Shown here piece after piece: positions 10,781 to 23,514 of a DNA stretch of 64,000 nt. The stretch spans positions 1,178,001-1,242,000 of the forward strand of contig JBLDXI010000074.1 of NCBI GenBank assembly GCA_047495785.1, written 5' to 3'. Positions within the stretch are counted from its first letter, which is position 1. The number at the start of each line of letters is the position of its first letter. The notes under the pieces are model-generated. The model made no database searches, was not told the origin of the DNA, and saw nothing but the letters and a program-made list of their open reading frames with translations. Both the position numbers and the translations under genes were made by a program. Source of the stretch: Lepidodermella squamata. Taxonomy: Eukaryota > Animalia > Gastrotricha.

Positions 10781-12246
10781 ATGTCGCTATACACGACGCT
10801 CGCCCTGGCGATGCTTGTTGGCCTGGCAGCCGCTGCGGACCCAGCCTGCGACGGCATCCGCCCGTCTAGCCGTCAGCAGTTCTGCTGCGGTGGCATCATC
10901 TATTTTGACCCCAATTTCTTGTACACATGCTGCGACGGCAAAGTCTGCGAAGTCGACCCAGGAAGCGTAAGTCGTAACACCAATTAGCTCCATAATGCTA
11001 TGAAAGCTTGCATCCAGTTACTTCAATTAGGAAAAATATAATTGTTCAGAAAGTGAAACTTGCCAAATTATTGAAAATTTGTGTTAAATTGTTCTTGCAG
11101 AATGTTGTTGTCCAACCGACCCAGCCCCCGCAAACTACGCCTCCGCCACCTCGCCCGGTTCTCCCAGTCATTGTTCAGCCCCAGAACCAACAGCCAGTGC
11201 CAATTCAGGGCCAGACAGCCCCGAATGGTCAGCAGTGGTTCCCATGGAGCCCATTCATGTTCAATCCATTCAACCCATCATCTCAAGACGTAAGTTGAAG
11301 CAAAGCATGTCAATTATTGCATTTCAACCCTATTTTTGCAGAACCTCGCAATCGTTCCAAGGCCAGCTGTTACGACTACTCAGCCTCCAAGTGTCGTAAG
11401 TTTCGAGAAAAATTAGCAAATGCACGAAGCAACTATAGCAACTTGTGATTATCGTTTTCCTAATTCACTTCAAATTATAGAGAACGGTCAGTCGAAGAGC
11501 ATTAATCATATTATAAACATACATTAGTTAACACATTCAGAGTTCAGAGCTTTATAAAATTATAGCTTACTGTAGCATTTCTGTTTTTCTATCTGTTTCT
11601 CTTAACTGTAGACCTTTCCTTTTCACAAGCATGCTCCTCGTTAATTTTTATAAGTTCAACACTTTTCGTTTATCGTCTTCAAAATCATAATTTCCTTACC
11701 TTCCTTTCTTAGTTCTGCGATGGCGTCGATCTGACGCAACTGCAGAAGGTTCAACCTAGCCTGGCCTGCTGCGGCAATCAGGTCGTCTATGACACTCGCT
11801 ACTACACCTGCGGCAGCCAGGCCGGCGCCCAGCCCCAGGTCACGAGCACTCAGTCACCCAGCGCAGTCACCCTGCCGACCGCCTTCCAGCCTATCCCGTG
11901 TGACCAGAACTTGTACTACGTCGATCCGCGCATCGCCAGCTTTTACAAGTGCTGCGCCTCGACTGCCTACGACAGCCGTACTGAAACCTGCCAACAGGCC
12001 TATCGCCTCATGTACCAGCCGACCAACACTTACCGCGTCCAGCCCCTCGGTTTGTTCACTTTTTCAAAATAGGAGGGAGGGGGAAATATAATTTTTCCCA
12101 TAGCAGATTTAATTTATCTCATTTAATTTTCAATTGTTTGTTTCTTTGTAGACCCGGCCGTTGCGCCTCAGCGATCAATGCTTAGCTGCGGAGCGACCAA
12201 GTACATTTTTGCCACCCCGGATCTTGCGTCCCAGTACACGTGCTAA
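10781..12246 (+). CDS. Secreted double-Cys (galaxin-like) protein, modules A-B-C-D with Pro/Gln/Thr linkers
   Basis: Exons 10781-10966, 11101-11289, 11342-11395, 11713-12049 and 12152-12246, all GT..AG and frame-consistent. Signal MSLYTTLALAMLVGLAAA. Motifs CCGGIIYFDPNFLYTCC, LACCGNQVVYDTR and CCASTAYDSRTETC. Ends QYTC*. Confidence 0.9.
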
Positions 12247-13332
12247 ATCAGGCCAACGCCGAGTCGCCGTCAAACCGCCACTCTCAAGCCACTATCACCG
12301 ATGTACCGATGTTCTTACATAGCCATTGGAACGCATTTAATTTTGAATATGAGATTATTATACCAACATATTTCTACCCCGCTATATTTCCGCTTCACAA
12401 GCAATACTGCCAGTTTTTTCAACCATAACTTAGTTAATATGTAAGAAATCATTTTTTGATCGAAGTGAAAAAACTCAAGATTAAACAAAGATGCTGAAGC
12501 TGCCAATTTTTTTACACACCGAGAGTAGTTTTTTCAAATTAGCCAGCAAAAAATACAGCTTGGTAATTGTCTAGAAGCATGAGAATTTTTTCGCTCTTTT
12601 TCAGTTTTCTTGTCTGTATGTGTGATATTTCGTTACATAAATTATACAAAAAACATTATTACAGTTTTATTCATGCTTCACGCTAGCACGTGCATATTTT
12701 TCTTATTCCAGAGCTAATTAAAAAGGAATTATTACAAAATTTGTGAAGAAAACGTGTTGCTAATAAACTTCGATTTTTGACTCCTCTCGTCAAAGACCAG
12801 AAAGTTGGTTTAATTGAACAGCTAGAGAAAGTTAATCTTCACTTGTAATTAACAGACCCAGTTGAGGAAATTGGAAAAATAAGGATTGGAAATCTGGGAA
12901 GAGTTATATCGATAATGTAATTAACGGAAAGGAGAAAATATAGCGTTGTAAAAGCCCTAATCAAACTCCAAACTGCAGATTTGCCAACGCGGAGTCTCAA
13001 ACTAGGTATAGCAACAGAACAATCACGGCCCGCTGTTAACTCTTTAAGGGGTTTCCATTTAGGCAACATTGGGCAATTTGTAGGAAATTTGTCATTTAAA
13101 TGTATGCCTGCTGATAATCCGGATGAATACAATTTTATAGCGAAAGTAGACGAAAAAACAAGAAGCGCGATGTAATGTGCGTATGCAGCGTTGCAATAAG
13201 GAATAGCAAAAAAGTGTGTTGAGTTGTCGCGAGCCATCGCAAAAAGCCGTGGCAATAAAAGTTTAATACGCGATAGCATGCGGCCTGTCAACAAGGTCAA
13301 GTCAATTATTCAACACAGCACATCATAAAAAG

Positions 13333-14743
13333 ATGAGCCCTACTATGATTTTGCAAAACCACTCATTCAAGCCTTTCGTTGTTATCCTAAGTCTGCTGCA
13401 TATCGTCGAATCTGTTCCGATTTTCAGCCCAGTTATCGAGGATTACGCCGCTGCGGACTCACCGTTTGAATTTTATCCCGCGGCCGACCTCGAGACTACC
13501 TCAATAGCTAATGACATCGTTGACATTTCTGAGGATAAACCTGCGGACCATGCCGAGGGTGTCAACATTAGCAACGATGACATAGAAATTTGTCAGAAGC
13601 TACAATTCCAGAAATTTCGATGCTGCAATGGTATGCTGTACAATGACCCCAACAGGAATACTTTCTGCTTCAATGGCACCATCTACCGCATCTCAACTGG
13701 ACTCCCTCTCAATGTAGGTATTTCTTTGAAATTTCCTGTTGACTGAAGGATGAACGCTGATTCATGTCTCAGAAGTGGTGGGAAAATGCATTCGAAGTTG
13801 CTTCGTTAAATTTCCCATTGAAATTGCAATCTCTTGAGCTTTGGAACTCGCAATAATCTGAATGTTTTATTTTTAGATTTCACAACAAAGCGATCGGCTG
13901 GTTCCTGTGAGCACTATTCTATACCAAGCTATTACGTCACTAACTGGAAAGCGCGTCAAAGCAGCCCCTCGTAGCCTAACTGATTTGCTCCAATCTCTGA
14001 TGCGATCACCGGCTATGGCTCGTATGATGGAAGATGCGATGTCATCGCAAATTAGAGCCCTTGCTCCGATATCATTTACTGACAACTTCAATCAGCCGTA
14101 TTTCAATCAGAATCCGCAGAGACCACAACAGCCGGTTCATATCGAGACTACCTCTATTCCAGTGCCCGCGAAACAAATTAATCGGGTTGATTCGGCTCTT
14201 AATTCGCCCAGGGAAATGCCATTAAATTGGGGAAGCAACATCGCCGTTCAAAATGTCCCACAGCCTTTCATCGCTCAAGATTTTGATCCTGAGGCTGGTC
14301 CAAGGCGAAGGCCTCTTGTGCGCCCAGGGCCTGTTTACAGCCAAAGACCTCAGTCTCAACCATATTACGGTTACAACGGGTATTACTCCAGACCGGCGAT
14401 GGTGAATGTCCAAAATCAACAGGCATATTTTAATAGCAATCCTAACTTCCAAGGCAGTGGTCGTATGATGGGGAATTATGGCTATGCTGATGGGATTCAA
14501 AGATATCCTCAGCAGTTCAATCCCGGCCCACAAAATCGGATCGTTTACGAACAGCGACCTCAACAGGCCTACTATCCGTATCAGGCCGGGAGAAGGCCGT
14601 TCACTGATCAGCCTCGGCGGAGAATTTTCAGACAACCTAACGGAAATAGGAATCCGTATCGCCGTGGTTTCAGTCCGCAGAGTAATCGTTCCATGAAAAG
14701 CTTAAACCCGCGGCCTCATTTCGGAATATCTTACATCGGATAG
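13333..14743 (+). CDS. Secreted protein with acidic region, divergent Cys module A and long Q/P/N/R/Y/G low-complexity tail
   Basis: Exons 13333-13713 and 13877-14743. Hydrophobic N-terminus (FVVILSLLHIVES). CCNGMLYNDPNRNTFCFNG resembles CCGGIIYFDPNFLYTCCDG. AATAAA at about 14768. Confidence 0.8.
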
Positions 14744-16717
14744 CTCCTTGAACTAATATTCAAACCCAATAAAATCTCTGAAGCTATTTCGGTGGTGAAT
14801 GATTTTTGATTACTATAGTTCGAAAAATTCTCCGTGGTGCTCAAGAGGTGCTCAACTGGTGCTCGAAATTGTGCCGAACGATATTGAACACTCGACTCAA
14901 CCTGTGATCAGTGTTATAAACAAGGGCTCCTAAAAGATCTAAAATTGTCCTTGCCAGTATGTAGTCCTTTCTTTATATTGACTGAATCAATTCAAACATT
15001 TTATTATTGCTTTCATATTCGCTATTTGCTCCTCAGCGCAGCAGCCAAGAATTCAAATGAATAGCTTTCTTTATTAGCCTCAATTAATTTCCCTGTGTTA
15101 AGCTAAATCATGCGAAAGGCGAAGCTTACCACGGTATAGAGGAAAAGTTAGCGTCTGATAAAACAAATTGAAAGTTTGTAATTGAACATGAAATTTCTCG
15201 AAAGATGCACTCAATGTTTGCATAGAAGTTTTTCATTGCCTGCAACCCCGGTGAATATTAAAGGACACTTTTTGACGGTATCAACTCAGACGAATCATAC
15301 AATAAACGTCGTTCGTGTTGCGACGTAAGTGACCTCGCTAGGCAGTACTTTCATGCTGTTTGCAATAAAATACTTGGTACTGGTATAAGCTACTTTTTAT
15401 TCGTCGGTAATAGCATCATTATTGCGGCGCATCCGATGCCGAGCGGTTACAACGCCTACCAGAATGCGTACTATGCACAAACGCTTCAGACTATTTCTCC
15501 GTTATCATGGCTAAATTCTAAATATCAACCAAGTTTATCCTCTTCTTCCTTATTTCATGTTCGTTCCTTCATTCTCAAGTTCATTCTCAAGTGATACTTT
15601 TCTGTCTCTCTGTATAGTCTTGTTGAACCATGAGAGCATCACCACTTGTTGAAACATGACAGAGTTTGCGTTCGAAAGGGCACACTTTTTTATTGATTTT
15701 TCATTATTCCCGGAGCAACGTTTCATGCAACCCATGCAGTAATCATCACGAAAAATGCATATTATGGAATTATGACTAGATGAGCCAATTTTTCTACTAT
15801 TCAGCATTCAGCCCCTAAATCCTGAAAATGCCAAGAAAGCACTTATTACGCTATTATTTATAATCTATCTTGTGGTTTCCTTCTCCATTATCTCGCAGAT
15901 ATCCTTCTATGTCCTTCTTAAGTTTTAACACGACAAGCGATCACATTTATATTTCTCTGTTTCGATCATAGAATCAATCGCCTTCAATGTTTTATCAACT
16001 CTTTATGAGCCGTTGCGCTGTTGCACCAAACTGAACTAGAAACTTGCGCCAAGCTCGCGAAATCGCTTGAAGTAGAAAGTAGATTCGCAGCCACATGAGG
16101 TCAATAGTAGAATCGCACAAAATTTACGAAGTTGCTAGCATTCGAGAATTGCTAGGAACGAAACTCTTTTTTATTGTCCTTATTCGGCATGTTCAGTTCG
16201 TAAATTTAAAATAAAAGCAAGACCAACAGAAAAATGCATGACAGACAAGGCGCCGGAACAACGGGGACACGCGCTTGTCTTAGACAGTGCACGGTCTTAG
16301 ATGACTTGCATCCCTGCATCCTAAGAAAGATAGCGGGTGGTCTTGGTATAATGTCATCTGGTTAGCGATTTAGCGATCGAGTTGATTAGCAATAAACAAC
16401 GATTCCGCCGTATTCGAGTAATGCTTGACATGCAACTCGATTGGCTTGATTCGTAAAAGACAAAACATGACCCACCATTCAAGTTTGGGTTTCACGAGCT
16501 TTGCGCGGATGAAATGCTACGTCAAGAGCAAAATGCCACGGACTAATATTTATCAATGAAAACAATCATGCGCAGGAGTATAATTTACAAAGCGCATCCA
16601 CTCGGTCATTTGACTGGAATCCTATCTATAAATTAGGGCTATCAGGAATTATTACGGCACTTCAAACGGATCTATTGGCGAGAATGTGCTGATTGATTGT
16701 AAGTCTAATGTGCTCTA

Positions 16718-18341
16718 GGGTAAAGTCGCTCAATGCGGGGACAAGTTAAGGTTTATTTATATTCGTATCATTTCTGTGAATCGCATTTAGATGAGGATGG
16801 TGTCAATAGCGGCAGCATATGGCGGCGCGCTCGCTCCTTTTGTGTGGGCTTCCCATAGACATAATTTAGGATAGACTGCCTACTCACGAGAAAAGGGTGG
16901 AACACCATGGGTCGCAGATGTTCAGCTGAATCATGAAAAACGCTCAAAATTTCGGTGGGAAAGTAAACAAAGCCTTTGATTTTCTTTTCTTCGATCGATT
17001 TCGTTAAATCAGCGCTGGTTCCCTCAATTTTGTTGATGGAACCGGGAAGAGAATTTCGAGAGGAACAAGATGGTTATTTTTTCGTGAAATTATGATTTTT
17101 TTAAATTAGACAAAATGCATTTTATAGTTTTTGAGCCAGCAAATAAAATGGGAAATCGACAAGAATAAAAGTGAAATTGAATCAATTATCGATGGATCTA
17201 AACGCGGCTTGGCATGAGCTCTCTTTTAAGCCCAAGTTTGACCTTCGACGATTTTTTACTGAATTATAACAATTTTTTGAAGTTTTTCGGTGGGAAACAC
17301 CATTAATTTTTGCTTGTTAGCAAAACAGACACAAACAAACACGTGATTCATGCGCATGAATCTAAACCAGAACACAGCGCGAACCTTGCGCGTGAATCAC
17401 ATGTTTTGCTAAGATGTCCAATCCAAAAGTAATGGTTTTTTCCACCGAGAATCCTTCGAAAAATTTCTAAAATTCTGTAAAAAATCGTTGAAGGTCAAGC
17501 TTGGGCTCAAAAGACAGCTCACGCCAAGCCGCGTTTGGAACTGTCGGCAACTGCTTCAATTTCGCTTTTATTCCTGTCGATTTTGGATTTTATTTGCAAC
17601 CTCAAAAACTTTGAAATGAATTTTGACCCGTTTAAAAAAATCCTAAAATTACGAAAAAATAACCATCGTGTCTGTCGTGAAATTCTCTTCCAGGTTCCAT
17701 CAACAAACTCGAGAGAACCAGCTCTGACTCCAAAAGATCGATCGAAGAAAAATCAAAGGCTTTGTTTACTTTCCCACCGAAATTTTGAGCGTTTTTCATG
17801 ATTCAGCTGAACATCTGCGACCCATGGTGTTCCACCCTTTTCTCGTGAGTAGGCAGTCTATCCTAAATTATGTCTATGGGGCTTCCGGTTCGACATTTGG
17901 GATAGCGTGCAGTTCATGATCACTGTGTCCGTTTTCGATGCAGTTTTTGCAGAAATAAAAAAATTTTCGCTCTATTAATTCATCTTTTTAACCACGTCAA
18001 ATTTATGGAGCGCGCGATTGTTTATTGAGGTATTCTGAAAAAGCATATTCGACAGTGTTTTCTGCCAACATTTCAAATTATTATCGATTATAATGAGCAA
18101 ACCGCAGCTTGTCCCAAATAAGCATCCACAATTACCGCTCTTGTCCGGAATGGCAAACCTGGCACGCATGTGGGACGGGCTGTTTTTATTGTTTCGGGCG
18201 CGCGCGCAAGGTGTCAAATTATAGCGGACTCATCTGTCTATAATGTCCACAAAAATTGTCTATGCAACGCTCTACTTGGATGATCTGAATTAATTTTACG
18301 AAAACGCATCGAATTTTGTCCCAAATTGTGCGACTTTACCC
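16718..18341. mobile_element. Older TA-target MITE (about 590 bp), split by a nested foldback element
   Basis: TIRs GGGTAAAGTCGC(t/a)CAAT..GGGACAA at both ends, flanked by TA (16716-16717 and 18342-18343). Confidence 0.7.
16854..17878. mobile_element. 1025-bp foldback (fully palindromic) non-autonomous DNA transposon, P- or hAT-like
   Basis: Termini CATAGAC..GTCTATG. The outer ~130 bp of the arms are perfectly complementary and the inner arms are imperfectly complementary to the centre. 8-bp TSD GGGCTTCC at 16846-16853 and 17879-17886. Confidence 0.92.
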
Positions 18342-18456
18342 TAGATATTCAAATTTAACACTTAATTAGTGTCCAATACATATTGACATTCTTTGTTTTG
18401 AAATGGAAGAAACAGCTAAACCAAAGCAGGATGAATCGCCATCACTGCTCCGTAGT

Positions 18457-18641
18457 CGTTAGCGTCGTTGAATAACTCGGATTCGGGCTTGTTCGCGTCA
18501 GTTACTGACAGTTGACGGGCGATAACAAGTTTGCTTCCCCTCTTCACTCACATAAAAACTCCCCTTTTGCCTTCTTTTCTCACTATTCATCTTTTACTGA
18601 CGTAAATAAGCCCAAATCTGAGTTATTCAACGACGCTAACG
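18457..18641. mobile_element. Small MITE with ~46-bp TIRs
   Basis: cgttagcgtcgttgaataactcgg..gtcagt and its reverse complement actgac..gagttattcaacgacgctaacg. No convincing TSD. Confidence 0.6.
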
Positions 18642-19769
18642 CTCCCATTTCTGTGGCTTGTTATGTTAGTTATCGTTAATTAGTTAGCTATAGATACCCA
18701 ATGGAGTATCGCCGTCATCTATTCTTGAAAATTGTTACTTCATTTCAGTTTCAAGTAATACATTTTCAGAAAACTTAAAATACCGCTTGTTTCCTAATTG
18801 CGACACTTTAAAAACTATCCGCTAACTTCCAGAGTGTGGAGATTCTATAATTTTTCCTAGAACTTTCTATTTAGAACGGGTCTTTTCTAAAATAGTCAGT
18901 AATGATTCATTAAATTCTGAATGCGATATCTCTCGAAGCTATTAAAGTATAGTAATAGTGCATCCTATTAGCTGCTGTATTAAATTTCAAATTCTGCATT
19001 GTTGATAGGATTATTTTACTTCAACATTTACTCGAAGTCACCTCTTTAGTAATAACTGTTTGGACATCGGATACTGATTGGGAATCGGAGATGTTAAATT
19101 GGCGAAATTCCGGCAACAGGTCGCTACTATACTATTTGCTGAGTGCTGGCTATTTCGATATATTCAACCTGTTATCGCCATTTTTGTTGAAAAAAATGTG
19201 ATGAATTATTCTCTTGGTTTTACTTCCTTTGTTCATTTTCGATTATTTCGGTGCGTTGAAAATAAAGATGCACGGCAACGGGTCACGGCAGCTCGTTTTT
19301 GCTAACTGTGAAATCTTCAATATATCGAAGAATTACACAAAAGCGCGAGAGAACTTATTAAAATTCGCGAGAAAGAATTATAGAAAGGATAGACGAAGAA
19401 GCTGAATTCCTCTTTTCTCTTCAAGAGTCCAAGAACGCAAGATAGCAATTGCAGCTAATGGCAATTTTATAGCCCTTGAACCGAAGATAGTAATTTTGGA
19501 TGCAACCGCTCCGCAATTGTAAACACCGCAATATAGCGGTATAATGATATATAGAAATATGCGCTAGCACTGGCGGTCCCTTACGTCGCAACACGAACGA
19601 CGTTCAATTTAAGCAACCGCATTTGGTTATCGCAAATCAGCTCATATAGCTTCTCGAGATAACATGTTGCTCCTTATCATGACATCCCCCGGCTTATCTC
19701 ATTCCCATCGAAGTTTAGCCGAGATTAGCGAACGAGTCGAGAAAGCATTATTTGCCACGAGTCAATAAT

Positions 19770-20730
19770 ATGACTGAAGCAAACGCTAGGCCTAACTTCA
19801 ACGCTTGGGACTCGTTGGGAGAACCAGAAGATGGCAGGCCATTGGCGACTATTCGCGGCTACAACCTACCAGTAAACATTCCGATATTCTGGCCGGAGGC
19901 GTACAACTTCGAATTTGACCCTCAAGACGTGTTCATATCATCCTTCCCAAAAAGCGGCAACCACTGGCTGACTTACATTGTCTATTTATTGAAAACGCGA
20001 GATTTCGGACCTGTTCCCGAGGTCTTACAGCGGCCTTTGATCGAACTACCTGTGCCTCGGGATCAGTTGCAAAAAATCGCAGCCTTGCCTCCGCCCCGAG
20101 TTTTGGACACCCACTGCTCGCACCCAATATTGCCGAAAAATTGCTTCACTGCAAAGGTCATCTACTTGTACCGAAATCCGAAAGAAGTTGTCGTCTCAAC
20201 GTATCACCATTATAAGGCCCTAGCAGCATGGTCGTATGAGAAATCATTCGAAGGATTGGTCGATCAGTTCATTGCCGGCAAAACGTTCTGGGGACCTTAT
20301 CCCAAGCATCTGAGTGAAATGTGGAAGCTGAAAGACGAAGGCAAGCCGATACTTTTCGTCCGTTATGATGATTTGAAAAAAGACACGCGCAACATGATTC
20401 GGAAAATAGCTGAATTTATTGAAGTTTCTCTGGATGATGACTTGCTAGAGAAGATTTTGAATGCAACCTCGGTCGACGCAATGCGAGGGCGGAAAGATGT
20501 CACAGGAGCTCATTGGCAAGCGGTAATTTCCTGCTTTATTCCATTTTAACATATAATGATGTTGCTATCTCTAATTACAGAACGGTTATTGGAATCCCGA
20601 AGCTGCATTCGTGCGAAAAGGCGAAGTTGGCGGCTGGAAGGGCATGTTTTCCGACCCAGCTTTGCTTGCACGATTCGATGAGTATATCAAAAGTAACGTG
20701 CCCCTGGAAATGCAATTTAATGATGCGTAG
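19770..20730 (+). CDS. Cytosolic sulfotransferase (Sulfotransfer_1 family), about 300 aa
   Basis: Exons 19770-20522 and 20581-20730. 5'-PSB loop DVFISSFPKSGNHW, catalytic-His region PRVLDTH, 3'-PB motif YLYRNPKEVVVS, and C-terminal FVRKGEVGGWK encoded in exon 2. Confidence 0.93.
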
Positions 20731-21880
20731 CTACTCAGCTGAATAGCTAAGGAAACACTCGCATGTTTTGTTCATTCACAAGCATTTGAAGATGGAATGC
20801 ACTCTTCGATCTTCGATTTTGATTAATAAATTTAACTGATTTCTCGAGTTTCATCTTCAATTGGGTAGCATCAGGGCGCGAAGTTCGGGGGAGGGGAGGG
20901 GGATGAGGCTTTCGGGATCGGAGAATTAGTGGGTCGGACGCAAAATGCATCGCAAAATGAAGATGTTGGGTCGCCAGGGCGAATAATTTGGTTAATCGGT
21001 TCCTCCGGGCCTCCCCAGCAGCCTTCGAATACCTTCAGTCCTTATGCTCCGAGAACAAGCACGGGTCCACCTTCTACGAAGGATGCTGACATACTTAGTA
21101 CGCTGGTTGTGGCGGTGACACCACCTGGCGAAGAGACACGCGCCGGTCGCACGCGCCGTTTTACACGCGCCCGTTTTCTCCCCCCACTACGGGTATATGT
21201 ACTGTACGGGTATTCAGTATTTTAGTATTTACGCATCCTCCATTCACTAGATCGTCTAAACTGCCAGCCACCTAACGAACTCCATCTATTTTGTATCTCA
21301 TTTCTTCATCTCGACTGATTTCTCATTCTTGTTAATAGAACATTCCGTTATTTGCTATTTTATTTGCCTGGTTTCTGATGGCGCTCTCCTCCACCCCTTC
21401 TACAACCGCGTCGGTAATTTTACGCCTTAATTTTGTATAAAAGTCGCCCTGACCCCGCGATTGCTCACAGGTCGACTACCGCATTTTATCCGTTGTTTCA
21501 GTTACTGCATGGCTTTGCCGTTCTGTCCTCTGACGGACCCGGTATGCGTTCTCGCCGCTATTTTGTGACATCAAGTACTTACTACGTATATTCCTATCAG
21601 GGCCTTTTCTTTTGGTGAATAAAACAAGACCGGCTTTGAAGGACGCCTTTTCTTATTTTCTTATTTTATTATTATTATTATTTTACCGGGCTGGTATCAT
21701 TTTAATTGGGAATCGAGAGTTCTCCAGGGTTATGGCGTTTTAGCCGCAATGTTTGATCAGGCACACGGGCGGCATGCGACTAGCGCTTGATTCATACCCG
21801 AAATGAATGAAAGCTCAAAAATTATTAAACTATTCAATTCTTAGAATTATTTCTTTTTATTAAGCGTATTGGATCAAGAT

Positions 21881-22140
21881 ATGAACAGAGCTATCTATTT
21901 CGCTCTTATGATGGTTTGTATCTTATTATTTGTTATAATTAAATAGCTACCGATATGCGCACCTAAAATGAATTATACTCACAGATTTGCGTTACTGCAG
22001 CATTTGCCAAGGACGTCCTAGCTTCAGTGGTAACAATTATACAAGGGAATCCTCCGCCACCGCCACCATGTCCGAGTGGAGTAATCGCTTCAAATTGCGT
22101 TCCAGGCATCACGGACTTCTTACAAAACTACCGCGAATGA
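21881..22140 (+). CDS. Small secreted Pro-rich two-Cys peptide, 62 aa
   Basis: Exons 21881-21913 and 21985-22140. MNRAIYFALMM|ICVTAAFAKDVLASVVTIIQGNPPPPPPCPSGVIASNCVPGITDFLQNYRE*. Upstream region and exon 1 are homologous to the 23274 gene. Confidence 0.72.
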
Positions 22141-23273
22141 TGACAGCCCGATCTGCCATGCGTGAACATTACGCTAGTGAGAGAGTGAGTGAGTGGGAGA
22201 GCTTTTGTTTGGCAACTGATCGCTTCAGCTTTCTAATTACTAATTCGCTATCCTATTAATGCAAAAATTAGAAAAATCACTAAAAAAGTTCAAATAATAA
22301 TTAATAATTGGGCCACCAACAATAATGCACTTCGCTGTACATATAATAATATCGGGTCGCCATATTAAGAATAAAATAATAAATAAACAAATACAGTATT
22401 TTACAGTATTACGGGTCGCATACAACAAAATTTCGTGCGTTGGGCTCTGAGACGAATTGTAATCATTCAACATCTCTGATCATCGGGCCAGGTACCAATC
22501 TTGAAGCTGTAGATTCCAGACGAGGTTCGAAGCTTGAACCAACTTGGCATAAGACGATGGACCAAAATAGGCACGCATCACGCACTGCTAATCTATAGTT
22601 TTCATCTTGAAGTTGAGTGAGAAGAACTTGAAGTGAGAAAATCGGATATGATTCGGACCTAATCTTAATTAAAGGGCTTTATCAGGGCTTGGCAATGTTT
22701 GGCAGTCCTGACAAACAGATGCTTCAATTCAGTGAAATCAAACATGAAAGAGTGCTTATCATTCAAGCCATTTTCGTGCCATTTTTTCATTTTCATTTTC
22801 GCTGGGCATATTTCATCTGGGAAAAGGACACAATAAAAAAAGCTTTTCGTTTCGTTTCGTTCAAGTCGGCCCAATTGTTGAGAAATTTTTCGGTGGTTAG
22901 TTTAAAAATCATTATCGACGCTGCTAACCACAATTTTTGTGGTGAAAAAGGTTCGGCAGCCAAGTCTGCTGACTAAAACATAACTTGCTTCAAAGCTAGT
23001 CATGATTCAGCCACCGGGAAAGACTTCAATTATTCCGAGCAGCAAAATATTCCTTGGTCCCTAAGTTTCACCTATTCTCGGTCGCGCCCAGGGCAATTTA
23101 TTATAGTTGGGAAGAATTCATCCGTTCTTTGGGGTTTGCATTATCGCGGCGATGTTTGATCAGGTACACGAGCGGCATGTGCTTCGGTCGTTTACGATGT
23201 GGATGAAAGCTCACAAATTATTTTAATATTAAGCGAGTCTTGACATAACTTTTTGCCGCATTAAAATTTCAAA

Positions 23274-23514
23274 ATGAGCAGGGCTATCTTCTGTGCTCTT
23301 ATGATGGTTTGTACCTTATCAATTGTTATATAAATGTTTGCGGACATCAATTTATTTCACACAGTTGATGTGCGTTACTGCATCTACAGCGATCGAGTCC
23401 ACGAACATCACGAGTGTCACAAATCTAATATCGATAACCGTTGGGGGATTGCGCCGCCGCCGTTGGAAATTGCCGACACCAAGCTTGATGGACTTGATTC
23501 GCAAACTCAATTAA
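23274..23514 (+). CDS. Small secreted peptide precursor with RRRR site, 60 aa
   Basis: Exons 23274-23306 and 23365-23514. MSRAIFCALMM|LMCVTASTAIESTNITSVTNLISITVGGLRRRRWKLPTPSLMDLIRKLN*. AATAAA at about 23690. Confidence 0.72.
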
